The notes under the pieces are model-generated. The model saw nothing but the letters and a program-made list of their open reading frames with translations, was not told the DNA's origin and did no database searches. Below are positions 50,891 through 61,872 of a stretch of 64,000 nt of DNA, in pieces; positions within the stretch are counted from its first letter, which is position 1, and each line of letters starts with the position of its first letter. Location of the stretch: contig OY762007.1 of assembly GCA_963665115.1 (NCBI GenBank), positions 6,720,001 through 6,784,000 on the forward strand. The letters are read 5' to 3'. The translations under genes and the position numbers were made by a program. Source of the stretch: an uncultured Rivularia sp. (GTDB lineage Bacteria; Cyanobacteriota; Cyanobacteriia; Cyanobacteriales; Nostocaceae).

Positions 50891-52370
50891 TTAAATATTC
50901 AAAAAACTAGCAAGTGTTTGCGGTAATGGCAGCACAATCAAAATTAAGAGCGCAATTGCTAAAAGTCCGAAAAAATCCCGTTTATTATCCAGTTCAGTCA
51001 CATCGTTCAAAGCGGGTTCGTCTGCTAAACGTACAAGAAATATCAAGCAAATTGCCCACACTAAATATTGCTGCTGAACAAATGAAAGTAACAGCAGTAA
51101 CAAACGAGCTATATATCCGATAACCATTGCTGTTTTTTGTCCAAACATGGCGTGAACAATATGCCCGCCATCAAGTTGCCCCACAGGCATCAAATTCAAC
51201 GCCGTAACAATTATTCCTAGAACACCAGCTATAGCTACTGGATGTAAGTCTATTGCCACGCCGGAACTTAGCTGAGCGCCCAGGGTTAATTTGGAGAGTA
51301 GCGCTATTAATATTGAATGGCTCGGATTTAATGCATCAGGGTTTAACAGCCGTGCATTTTCTTCTATCGGAACTACCTGAGAATTAGCTAAACCCCATAT
51401 CAACAAAGGTAAACTTGCTAAAAAACCAGCAATTGGCCCCAGCAATGCTAACGTCAAATAAAGCTTTGCGATTAGGTACTGGACTACGCATCCGAATAAA
51501 TGCACCAAGTGTTCCGAGGAAAAAAGGGTTGGGAATAAAATAAGGCAGTGTAGTGCGAATTTTATAAAACTTTGCCGTCAAATAATGACCCATTTCGTGT
51601 ATACCTAAAATAGTTGTCAACGATAAGGCATACGGCAACCCCGGCAACATTAAGACAGGATCTGACAATATCTCTTGAGCTTTAACACCAGTTATTGTCG
51701 CTCCCACAAAAGTAGTAGTTATTAGAGTAGCTCCTAGTAATAGCAAGGCTAACCCTGGTTTAGTTAATTTTTCCTTTTTCCCTGCATCAGTTTTCTTCTG
51801 CTGATGGTTAGGAACTAACAAAAATATTGGTTTATCATTAAGGTCTTTTTGAAAAATTAAAATGAAGCGATCGCCAAATTGTGCTTCGATATTTTCTTTG
51901 ATCTGCTGATAAGCTTTATCCCCTGAAGTTCTTAATTGACCTCGACAAATCACAGCTTGGGGACGATATTCAATATTGTGAATATAGTATAAAGACCAAG
52001 GAAAACACGAACGAAGTTTAGTTTCTTCCTCTGGCTCAATAGGACGCACTGGTGCAGATTCTACGGTAGGATGTATAGCCGGTTGTGTTGCGTCGGATGG
52101 TGCTAGTGATTTTTGCTCTTTATCTTTGACCGAAATACGACCCCAATTAAATAGCACACAGTACAAAACAAAAGAAACTGCTAATGAACCAAAAACTAAT
52201 GTTGATGGTATTCGAGTATCGTACTTTATTGTCCAACCAGTCCATATTATCGGTGGTGCCATCAATACTAACCACAACAGCAAAGCAGGAGTTCTTGTCA
52301 CTTTCGCAACATTTCGTCTGAGGGTATAGTAAGTAAATATTCCTAAAATAATGAGAAGCCAGGATGTCAT
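50891..52370 (-). CDS. Site-2 protease (M50) family membrane metalloprotease (apparent +1 frameshift at 51437-51440)
   Basis: HEMGH and NLMPVGQLDGG motifs in two joinable ORFs (SIAGP junction). Confidence 0.88.
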
Positions 52371-52475
52371 TTTGTTTTCATTGATTCTGTTGGCAATTTA
52401 AAGCTGTAGTATTAATACTGCATATTAATTAATGTCAAAAGACGGACTTATAACCCGAATTTTGCATTCACTTTT

Positions 52476-53294
52476 ATGTGTGGTCAAATCGCGAAAGCCT
52501 TTTCTTTTAAAGAAAAGAGAATCCAAAATTCCTCCATCCACAATCGAATTTTTCGTTTTATCAATACAAATTCAAAACCTTTCTCCTTGACACAATCTTT
52601 TCCTATGCGCTCACCATCTCAAGAGCCGAGTAATCATACACATAAGCCACCAAGGGCAATTTTGAACTCAATTAAAGCATTTCCTCCCAATAGGGATACT
52701 TTAGGAGGAACCGCTTACTTTATTGTAAGAAACGAAGGCAATATTTTGATTGACTCTCCGGCTTGGGACAAAAATAATCAAGATTTTCTAGAAAGTAATG
52801 GTGGTGTACGTTGGTTGTTTATCAGTCATCGCGGTGCCATTGGTAAAAGTGAAGAAATTCAGAAAACTTTTGGCTGTGAAATTTTAATTCAAGAGCAAGA
52901 AGCTTATTTACTACCTGAATCAAAGGTAACTGCTTTTAGCGATAAATTTACTATTGATTCAGTATCGCAAGCAATTTGGACACCCGGTCATTCTCCCGGT
53001 TCGTCTTGTCTTTACCACAATTCGGAGGGAGGAATATTGTTTTCAGGAAGACACTTAGTTCCCAACCGACAAGCCGAGCCAGTACCTTTAAGAACATCTA
53101 AAACCTTTCACTGGCACCGACAAATTAAAAGCATTAAGTTATTACTAGAGAATTTCACACCCCAAACACTTAAATACATCTGCCCCGGCGCAAACACCGG
53201 CTTTCTCCGAGGAGAACGTTTGATCGATAACGCTTACACTAGTTTAGCTAATCTTGATTTAGCAGAATTACTTAGGGCAACATCTCTTCTTTGA
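52476..53294 (+). CDS. MBL-fold metallo-hydrolase-like protein (true start possibly ~52605)
   Basis: NILIDSP, LFISHRG, WTPGHSPGS, LFSG. Confidence 0.75.
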   Translation: MCGQIAKAFSFKEKRIQNSSIHNRIFRFINTNSKPFSLTQSFPMRSPSQEPSNHTHKPPRAILNSIKAFPPNRDTLGGTAYFIVRNEGNILIDSPAWDKNNQDFLESNGGVRWLFISHRGAIGKSEEIQKTFGCEILIQEQEAYLLPESKVTAFSDKFTIDSVSQAIWTPGHSPGSSCLYHNSEGGILFSGRHLVPNRQAEPVPLRTSKTFHWHRQIKSIKLLLENFTPQTLKYICPGANTGFLRGERLIDNAYTSLANLDLAELLRATSLL

Positions 53295-53381
53295 GAATTG
53301 GTTGGGGGATTGGAGAGGGGGTAGACAAGAGGAATTTTAACCTTTGACCTTAACTACTCCCTACTCCCTACTCCTAACTGG

Positions 53382-54650
53382 TCACTGATAACTGCTCACT
53401 GTTGACTGTAAAAGTTCTACTGCTGCTTGATATTGAACGTCATCGGAAGTGGCTATCCGATCGATTTTTATTGGTTCTGAGGAAACTACTTTGTCTGGAG
53501 TAATGCCTAATTTATTAATATCTCGATGTAGTGGTGTTTCATATTTAGCGATTGTTACCGCTAAACCGGAACCGTCTGATAATTCAAATAATGATTGGAT
53601 TAAGCCTTTTCCAAAGGTTTTTTCTCCTACGAGAGTTGCACGTTTGTTGTCTTGTAGGGCACCAGCAAGAATTTCGCTGGCGCTTGCCGATCCTTGGTTT
53701 ACCAATACAGCTAATGGATCTTTTGTTAATGCTGGGCCAAAAGATTCAAAGTTCCCTTGGATGCCTTGACGGTTTACTGTATAAACTACAATACCTGAGT
53801 CTAACCACAGTCGAGCAACTTCTATTCCAGCTTGTAACAAACCACCGGGATTATTTCGCAAGTCCAGAACGTAGCTATCTGCCCCTTTTTCTTCTAATTC
53901 GCTAATTGCATGAGCTAATTCCGCTGGAGCGTTAGCATTAAATTGAGTCAGGCGGATGTAGCCAATATCTAAATCTTTATCTTTTTGTAATTTAGCAATT
54001 ACCGGATTCAAAGTAATGCGATCGCGGATGATGGAAATTTCTTTTGGAGAAGTGCCGTCTCTCTCTATAACTAAGCTCACAGCAGTTCCGATTTTACCGC
54101 GCATCAAGGAAGCTGCTTTGTCGAGAGTAATATTTTCTGTGGGTGTGTTTTCAATTTTGATAATGCGATCGCGTGCTTGAATGCCTGCTTTTTCAGCCGG
54201 AGAACCTGCAATAGGTGTAACTACTTCTAACTTACCTGTTTCGGGATTTAAAGCTATTTGCAATCCTACCCCTGTTAATTCTCCAGAAGTATTGACTTGC
54301 AAACTGCGATACTGCCGGGGATCTAAAAACCTTGTAAAAGGATCATCAAGGCTTTTGAGCATATTTTGAATTGCTGAGTACGCTGTTTGACTATCTTTTA
54401 GCCTTGCTTTCAAAGCTTCTTGCCTTACTTGTGCCCAATTTTGATGGTTAAATGTATCATCTAAATAAGTTCGATTCACAATCCGCCAAGCTTGGGATAC
54501 TAGTTTCTGTTCGTCTGTTAAAGCGGCTGCTGGGAAGCAAAAACTACCAAATGCGACCCAAAAAGCCAGAATCAATGATAAAATACCCCGAAAAACCTTT
54601 AAATTATCCATAAACTCGATTTTTACTTTTATTTCAACCACTTTACACAT
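53382..54650 (-). CDS. ctpA: Carboxyl-terminal processing protease (S41A)
   Basis: LDDPFTRF, PDZ GVGL, LDLRNNPGG, SASASEI, TFGKG. Confidence 0.9.
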   Translation of the reverse strand: MCKVVEIKVKIEFMDNLKVFRGILSLILAFWVAFGSFCFPAAALTDEQKLVSQAWRIVNRTYLDDTFNHQNWAQVRQEALKARLKDSQTAYSAIQNMLKSLDDPFTRFLDPRQYRSLQVNTSGELTGVGLQIALNPETGKLEVVTPIAGSPAEKAGIQARDRIIKIENTPTENITLDKAASLMRGKIGTAVSLVIERDGTSPKEISIIRDRITLNPVIAKLQKDKDLDIGYIRLTQFNANAPAELAHAISELEEKGADSYVLDLRNNPGGLLQAGIEVARLWLDSGIVVYTVNRQGIQGNFESFGPALTKDPLAVLVNQGSASASEILAGALQDNKRATLVGEKTFGKGLIQSLFELSDGSGLAVTIAKYETPLHRDINKLGITPDKVVSSEPIKIDRIATSDDVQYQAAVELLQSTVSSYQ

Positions 54651-55018
54651 CTCAAAGCAGCTTTCGCGAGCTTCGATAAGATGAAATCTATCTCTCGATT
54701 ATGTTACTTTTTTTATAGAAGTGTTTTTTGTCGCGAGTAATTTCGGGCGACTGACTTCTAATAGTTGGGTCAATAGCGCCCATGAAACGCTATGATCTAG
54801 TTTGTATCGATCTCTTTTTTTTTGTGGCTCGGATACAAGCAGAACGCAATACATTCCCTCTTGAGAGAGTGAAAATGTTTCTTAAAACTATCATTACTCT
54901 GACAGTTTAAAAGTAAATTCACTTTCTGACAGGTTCGTTCAAAATCTCGGTTGGCACGTGTGGCCAATGCAAGCGAGATAATTATCAACCGCAATCTTTA
55001 TCTAGGAATCTGGGTTGT

Positions 55019-55667
55019 ATGACCAACGTAATTGACTGGTTTGATGAGCGCTTAGAAGTTCAAGCGCTTGCAGATGACGTTACAAGCAAGTATGTTCCTC
55101 CCCACGTAAACATTTTCTACTGCTTGGGTGGAATTACTCTTACTTGCTTTTTAATCCAGTTCGCAACTGGATTTGCAATGACTTTTTATTACAAGCCAAC
55201 CGTTGCTGAAGCTTATTCTTCAGTAGAGTACATCATGAACGAAGTCAGCTTCGGTTGGTTGATTCGTTCCGTTCATCGCTGGTCTGCCAGCATGATGGTG
55301 TTAATGATGATTTTGCACACCTTCCGGGTTTATTTAACTGGTGGTTTCAAGAAGCCCCGTGAATTGACTTGGGTCACAGGTGTTGTTCTAGCTGTAATTA
55401 CCGTATCTTTCGGTGTAACTGGCTACTCTTTGCCTTGGGATCAGATAGGTTACTGGGCTGTGAAGATCGTTAGCGGTGTACCAGAAGCGATTCCCGTAGT
55501 TGGAGTTTTAATTTCTGATATGTTACGTGGCGGTTCTAGCGTAGGACAAGCTACTTTGACTCGCTACTACAGCGCTCATACCTTTGTACTCCCTTGGTTG
55601 ATTGCAGTATTTATGCTGGCGCATTTCTTGATGATTCGCAAGCAAGGTATAAGTGGCCCCATTATAA
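55019..55667 (+). CDS. petB: Cytochrome b6 (extra C at 55657-55660 hides the normal GISGPL* end)
   Basis: [30 protein letters not shown]. Removing one C gives the 215-aa protein ending GISGPL. Confidence 0.97.
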
Positions 55668-55911
55668 TTTCGAGCAAAATCTTTTGATTTGAACGAAATT
55701 TTAATCAGGCTAAAACAGGCACAATATGCCATCTGCAAAACTGCAAGCGATCGGTTATTTGTTTTAAAATTGGTCTAATAACAGACCGCCGAAAGCAAAT
55801 ACTTGAATATATCAGTTTTAGAGGGTGTAAATTCCTTTATGACTGCCTATTAGCCGACGGTTTAACCGAAATTCACAATACTCAACTTAAATAGAAGAGT
55901 ACCTAAAAAAA

Positions 55912-56394
55912 ATGGCAACATTAAAGAAACCGGATCTAAGCGATCCACAATTGAGAGCCAAATTAGCTAAAGGCATGGGTCACAACTACTATGGTGAACC
56001 TGCTTGGCCTAATGACTTGCTCTACGTTTTCCCAGTTGTAATTATGGGTTCCTTTGCTTGTATCGTGGCTCTAGCAGTGCTAGATCCTGCGATGACAGGA
56101 GAACCAGCGAATCCTTTTGCAACACCTTTGGAAATCTTGCCTGAGTGGTATTTGTACCCAGTTTTCCAAATTTTGCGTTCGCTTCCTAACAAGCTTTTGG
56201 GAGTATTGGCAATGGCTGCCGTACCTCTGGGACTGATTCTTGTTCCTTTCATTGAGAACGTTAACAAGTTCCAAAACCCTTTCCGTCGTCCTGTAGCTAC
56301 CGCAGTATTCCTGTTCGGAACTTTGGTAACAATCTATTTGGGTATCGGCGCAACTTTACCTTTAGATAAGTCTCTTACTTTAGGACTCTTCTAA
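55912..56394 (+). CDS. petD: Cytochrome b6f subunit IV
   Basis: [15 protein letters not shown] and PEWY motif. Confidence 0.98.
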   Translation: MATLKKPDLSDPQLRAKLAKGMGHNYYGEPAWPNDLLYVFPVVIMGSFACIVALAVLDPAMTGEPANPFATPLEILPEWYLYPVFQILRSLPNKLLGVLAMAAVPLGLILVPFIENVNKFQNPFRRPVATAVFLFGTLVTIYLGIGATLPLDKSLTLGLF

Positions 56395-56420
56395 ATCCGC
56401 TGTTCGTGAAGGTGTTATAG

Positions 56421-56484
56421 CGCCTGTGGGGTTTCTCGTATTGAGTGCTTATTAATAGGTACTCGTGAGAAACTCTAACAGGCG
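56421..56484 (+). terminator. Long stem-loop 3' of petD
   Basis: CGCCTGT...GTTTCTC...GAGTGCTTA/TAGGTACTC...GAGAAAC...ACAGGCG followed by a T-rich tract. Confidence 0.6.
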
Positions 56485-57137
56485 TTAATTTTTTCAAAAT
56501 TTATATGCTTACTAAATTTTAGAAATTAACAGCTGAGAATCGGGATAAATATTTTTGTCAAATATAATACTTTTAAATAATTTTGGTTATAGACTTAATT
56601 AGGATGTTAAAGTATCGGGGCAACCCGCGTAATCTTTGTATAGTAAGGATTATTTACCTCTAAAGTCAACATTTTTCTTAAAATCGTTTTTTTGTCTACT
56701 TCCTATTCTCCTCAACCCTTTTGTACGACTATTGAATGGCGCATCACAAGTACGGATATAGTTATAGCTTTTGAACCAAAGATCGAAAGCATTGCATAGT
56801 AAACTATAATCTTGAACACCTTAAAATTATTTTCCTTCTAATGCTTGACTAAATTCCCCAACTTATATCAACAAAAATATCAACTGAAAACAAACAGCAT
56901 TGTCTTAAAATCGTAATATCATACTTAAAGAGATCTAGTAACGTGGTAAAATAATTTACATAAATAGGGTTTGTGAACTTGAATACGTATTTAAGCGCAT
57001 GAAGCACCCAAAGGTGAATTTAAAGTATATTTGGGATTTTTTAAATTAAGAAGAGCAAATCAGATTTTTAAATCTGAGCTTTATAAACTATAAAAGATGT
57101 AAGTAAAGTTAATCTATTAATATTTAAGTCAAGGTCA

Positions 57138-57578
57138 ATGCTAGCAATTGTGGAGCAAGACCATCTGACGGTTAAGAGCGAACTTAAGCTTCTAAACCAG
57201 GTACAACAATGGTTTGAAAAATTCTGTCTGCGTAATTTATCCGGGCTTAGTTGGCTGGAAAGTCAACAGTATCGACTTAATTTGGCATTAGCTGAAGGCT
57301 TTACAAATGCCGTTCGTCATGCACATCAAGCTTTACCACCAGAAACAAACATTGATATTGATGTATTGCTATGGAATGACAAACTGGAAATTAAAATCTG
57401 GGATTACGGTAAGCCATTTAATCCAGATGCAATAGCCGAACCAGAACCCGGTACTTTACAAGTAGGAGGGTACGGGTGGTTTCTATTAAGACGATTGGCC
57501 GATGAAGTCGTTTACGAACGCGATACGGATGGCAGAAACTGTTTGCTCATCGTCAAGTATGGTACGCATGAAAAATAA
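57138..57578 (+). CDS. Anti-sigma factor / RsbW-like Ser kinase (HATPase_c_2)
   Basis: LALAEGFTNAVRHA, IWDYGKPF, GGYGWFLL. Confidence 0.85.
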   Translation: MLAIVEQDHLTVKSELKLLNQVQQWFEKFCLRNLSGLSWLESQQYRLNLALAEGFTNAVRHAHQALPPETNIDIDVLLWNDKLEIKIWDYGKPFNPDAIAEPEPGTLQVGGYGWFLLRRLADEVVYERDTDGRNCLLIVKYGTHEK

Positions 57579-58451
57579 TCGAGACTAATAATGTTTGTAA
57601 AATTTTTACGTCAATTCAAAAATTAGTTTTATTGCACTGAATTTTCGGTAAATATATCAGAATCTGGTTTGGTTCCTGTTAGCGTCAGCAATAAGGAACC
57701 ATATCTGTTCGCATGGTGACAAAACCAGGGTTATAGCCGTACAAGGAATGCTAAATTATTGGCATAAAAGGCTATGAACTCTACTATACATCGATTATCG
57801 GCTTAAAAAATTACAACCTAAACTTATACCGTTTTCTTTCTCTATTCCCTATTCCCTGTTCCCAGATCCGGCGTTCCCTCTTCTACGACTATTTAATGCC
57901 GCATAACAAGTAAGGCTATACCCGGATTTCTCACATAAGATGACAGATTATTTACTTTAAATATTGAATTAAAGAAGTTTTTGATATGAAAAAATCAATA
58001 TTTTTTTAATCGGAATTTGACTAAAATTTAAGCAAAATTTACAATTACTTTAAACAAGAAATAAATGTATAAAATAATTCTTGAAATACCGTATACACAG
58101 CATTAGAGTTACAGTTTTTATTTTGTTAGAATTTGACAGCGAGGGAGACTCAAAAAGTAGCTCATAGCTTGTCTTTCATAGCGTGCTGTGCGGCTCCAGG
58201 GCTTAGATAACTTAGCCCTAGTTGATTGTGGAATATATTTGTAGCGATTTTTTTTAATTTAAAAAATAGTAAAAGTAGAAGGAGTAAAGGCACAATCTTT
58301 AAAACAGCATCGTCTAAAAATACTTGTGTGTGTAGCTATTATTTTCGCTGCCATATTACTAACATAAAGCTATTAAACAATAAAATTAGTGTTACTGCGA
58401 TTAAATAATGCATCGTTATCAACCGCAGCAGCAATAAGGAGAATATAAAAA

Positions 58452-59646
58452 ATGTTACTAACGCCATCAGATCAAAAAACTTACTTAAACTTAATTAACA
58501 GTAAAGATAATAAAAAACTCAACCACATTTTCGTTTTTTTAGAAGTTTTTTCTCGCGAAGGTGGAATTCAATCTTATGTAAAAGATGTGTTTCAAGCTTA
58601 TAACACATTGTCAGAACCGCTTCGTGGAGAAGTCTTTTTGTTACGAGATGAAAAAGGTTGTGCAAATCCTTTTGAATCGGAACGATTACAATTCCATTAT
58701 TTTAAAGCTAAGTCTTCTCAAATAGCACGGATGAAGATGGCTTTGGTCCTACTGAAACGTTTAATTCAAGAACGTCCAGATCGTGTATTTTGCGGTCATG
58801 CTTACTTAGCACCTTTAGTTGGTACGTTATGTCAACCTTTAGGAATTCCTTATACCGTAATTACTCATGGTAAAGAGGTTTGGGAACCTTTACCTCAGTT
58901 GACTAAAACTAATCTCCAAAGAGCTTCACAAATTTGGACTGTCAGTCGCTATACTCGTGAGATTGCCAGTACTGCCAATAGTTTAAATACCAGTAAAATC
59001 CAAATAATGCCTTGCGCTGTCGATGGCGATCGCTTTACTCCTGGAGACAAACCAGCGGATTTATTAGAACGTTACGATCTCGCAGGAGCCAAAGTTCTGA
59101 TGAGCGTAACGCGATTATGGTCTGGTGATATTTACAAAGGAGTAGATGTTACGATTCGAGCATTATCACAAATAGCTGAAGTTTTTCCCGAAGTTAAATA
59201 TTTAGTAATTGGACGTGGTGACGATCGTCCCCGCTTAATGCAGTTAGCCAAAGATTTAGGGGTAGAAGATAAAGTAATTTTTGCTGGGTTTCGTCGCCAC
59301 AGAGGAATTAGTACGCCACTATCACCTTGCTGATGCTTATATTATGCCGTCTCAAGAAGGTTTCGGTATTGTGTATTTAGAAGCAATGGCTTGTGGTGTA
59401 CCCGTACTATCCGGTGATGCTGATGGTTCGGCTGACCCATTACAAGATGGTAAATTGGGATGGCGAGTACCTCATCGCGATCGCGATTCTGTAGCAGCAG
59501 CTTGTATCGAAATTCTCAAAGGAGATGACCGACGTTGTGATGGAGAATGGTTGAGAAAGGAAGTTCTTTCTGAATTCGGTATCAAAGCCTTTCAAAAACG
59601 ATTGCTTTCTCAGTTTTTATCAACAACTAAAACGAGTAGGGAGTAG
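58452..59646 (+). CDS. Glycosyltransferase family 4 (apparent +1 frameshift near 59286-59291)
   Basis: GGIQSY, TRL...YKG and EGFGIVYLEAMACGVP across two joinable ORFs. Confidence 0.85.
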
Positions 59647-59809
59647 GGAATAGTGAGTAATCTGGATTTTTGATTCTTAATCCCGTAATTCCTTCGTCTC
59701 CTTGTCTCCCCATCTCCCTCTCATCTGTATAATTTTTTAAAATTTTTTAACCTTTTATTTGTAGGACTTGCCTTGACTTTGGGATAAACTCGCTATCCTA
59801 GAAAGAGAC

Positions 59810-60196
59810 TTGGATTATTTTAAAATGAGCTTTAGAACATTTCAATCAAATTTCTCACATTTGCGTCCTTGGCTCACCTTATTCGCAATTGTTTGGTTGC
59901 TGGGTACATTCGGCTTGGGTTGGTTAGTCAATTCGTTATTAATTATTCTTGGGTTGCTATTTTTAGTACCTATTGTGGCTTTTTTCGGTTTTCGCTGGTG
60001 GTTGCAACGTAGTTTGATTGTTGATAACTGTCCGGTTTGCTCAACTGAGATTACGGGTTTAAACAATACTCAGCTAGAGTGTCCTAGTTGTGGCGAAAAG
60101 TTGCTTGTGGAAAACCGAAATCTCAAACGTTTCACCCCAGAAGGAACTATTGACGTAACAGCAATAGAAGTACCTGCAAAATCAATTGAAGATTAA
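59810..60196 (+). CDS. Hypothetical membrane protein with zinc ribbon
   Basis: Two TM helices, CPVC...CPSC, C-terminal GTIDV. Confidence 0.7.
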   Translation: MDYFKMSFRTFQSNFSHLRPWLTLFAIVWLLGTFGLGWLVNSLLIILGLLFLVPIVAFFGFRWWLQRSLIVDNCPVCSTEITGLNNTQLECPSCGEKLLVENRNLKRFTPEGTIDVTAIEVPAKSIED

Positions 60197-60677
60197 CGAT
60201 GGGTGGCGTTATTTAAGATCGGAACAGAGAATATAGGTGTCAGTTTAAATAGCAAACACGAGCTACCGAAACAAAAATAGTAGGTAGTTTCGCTTTATTA
60301 AAAAAAACTGGCGCTATTAAAGGATTGCGACAGATGAAAAACTTAAAACTATTACTAATTTCTCTTTGATAATGCGACGCACCTACATCAAATTACAGAT
60401 TATAATGTAGCCTTATCGGCGACTCCTCTATAAGGACATTGACCGTTAGCGCAGCGTCTCCGGAGGAGATGCTTTGAAGCCCTATGCCCCAGGGACTTGC
60501 TATGAGATTGTTTCTTAAATTTGTAGGCTGCGGTTAGCAATTATTTGATTATACCTATATATTGAATTTTACCATAAATCTTGCCTCGGCTTTCAACGAA
60601 GCCTCTTCACTGCGCTTCTGCGGGAGACTTCCCACCGAGATAGCTAAAATACAAAATGGGGTAGCCTTGACTTTTAA

Positions 60678-61118
60678 CTATTTTTGTGGCATCTTCTGTT
60701 GAGATATTGAGAGGGTGTAACTATTCTGTTGTTCGGACAAATCGCCTATATACAGCGAGTACTTACCTGCCTGCCAATATCCAGAAATTTCTGGTTTCTC
60801 TTGGGAATAATTATCCCCTAATACGCAAAAACGACCTTCTGGACCGTCAATTAACAGTGTTGGTTTTCCCTTACTTTCTACTGTTAAGCGTAAATAAGGT
60901 AGTGATTCTGCAACTTCCAACATTTTATTTGGTGTTGCACTAATGTTACCGCAATTACTTTTCTCAAATCCTCCAGATTTACCGCTAAGAATTAACGGAT
61001 CGGGTTGAAAATCGCGATCGATTTGTACTACTTCGGCTCTGACTAATTGAAGGTTAGCCAAAATTAAGGCGATCGCCAAAACTATAGGAAAAAATTTAAT
61101 TAACGTAGAGGTTTTCAT
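60678..61118 (-). CDS. Exported hypothetical protein
   Basis: Signal peptide; PTLLIDGPEGRFCV...GKYSLYIG. Confidence 0.65.
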   Translation of the reverse strand: MKTSTLIKFFPIVLAIALILANLQLVRAEVVQIDRDFQPDPLILSGKSGGFEKSNCGNISATPNKMLEVAESLPYLRLTVESKGKPTLLIDGPEGRFCVLGDNYSQEKPEISGYWQAGKYSLYIGDLSEQQNSYTLSISQQKMPQK

Positions 61119-61465
61119 TTTTACAGTAATGTAAGAAGGTAATTTTATCTAGCCGTATTAAAAAACGGTGCTGCACCGTTGTTCTGGATTTGAGACGAGC
61201 AAAATCTTATTTCTGGTTATTTCTAGTTTAAATATTGTTAATCCGTATGTTTTGAATTCAGATTGTAACTAAATCCACTGTTATATATTTGAAGTAAGAA
61301 TTATTTTCTAGAAAGACATAGTGTATCAAACGATTATATTGGGTAATCAATAGTTTTCTTATACACAGCTATATTAGATAGAATCACATACAGAACCGCC
61401 AATTACGGTATATAGGTTTATTTGTTGTCATATAAATTTCCCTTCCGGTGAGGTAAAAAATATTA

Positions 61466-61813
61466 ATGAATCCTCAAACACAAGAAAATTTGAACGAGTA
61501 TCGCCTCCAGAAGCTAGTTACTCAAATCGATTCTGACTCAGCAGAACTTACTCCTTTACCGATTTTAACAACTTCCAGCCTGAATAGTAATAGTATTATT
61601 TATTACATTGTAAAGTGCATGAATTGGTTTTACCATTTACCAGCTATAGCCAAACTGGTAGTTGTGATTGTAGGAATTTTTGTCAGTTTTGCTATGTTGC
61701 AGGCAGCACTAAAACTGATTGCTTCTGTTATAAGTATGGCATTGCTGGCAGGATTAGTGTACCTTGGATACAATTTTTTCGTGGCTGGCAACAGTTCTCA
61801 AGTCAAAGAATAA
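61466..61813 (+). CDS. Hypothetical membrane protein
   Basis: GAGG RBS upstream; two C-terminal TM helices. Confidence 0.6.
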   Translation: MNPQTQENLNEYRLQKLVTQIDSDSAELTPLPILTTSSLNSNSIIYYIVKCMNWFYHLPAIAKLVVVIVGIFVSFAMLQAALKLIASVISMALLAGLVYLGYNFFVAGNSSQVKE

Positions 61814-61872
61814 TTTATTTCTGCCTACGCGACCTTTTTTGCGTAGAAATCAATTTATAGGAATGGTGGTAA

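Noticed and set aside
55657..55687. Novel C-terminal extension or pseudogenisation of petB
   Set aside because: One extra C in a run explains it, and petB is essential.
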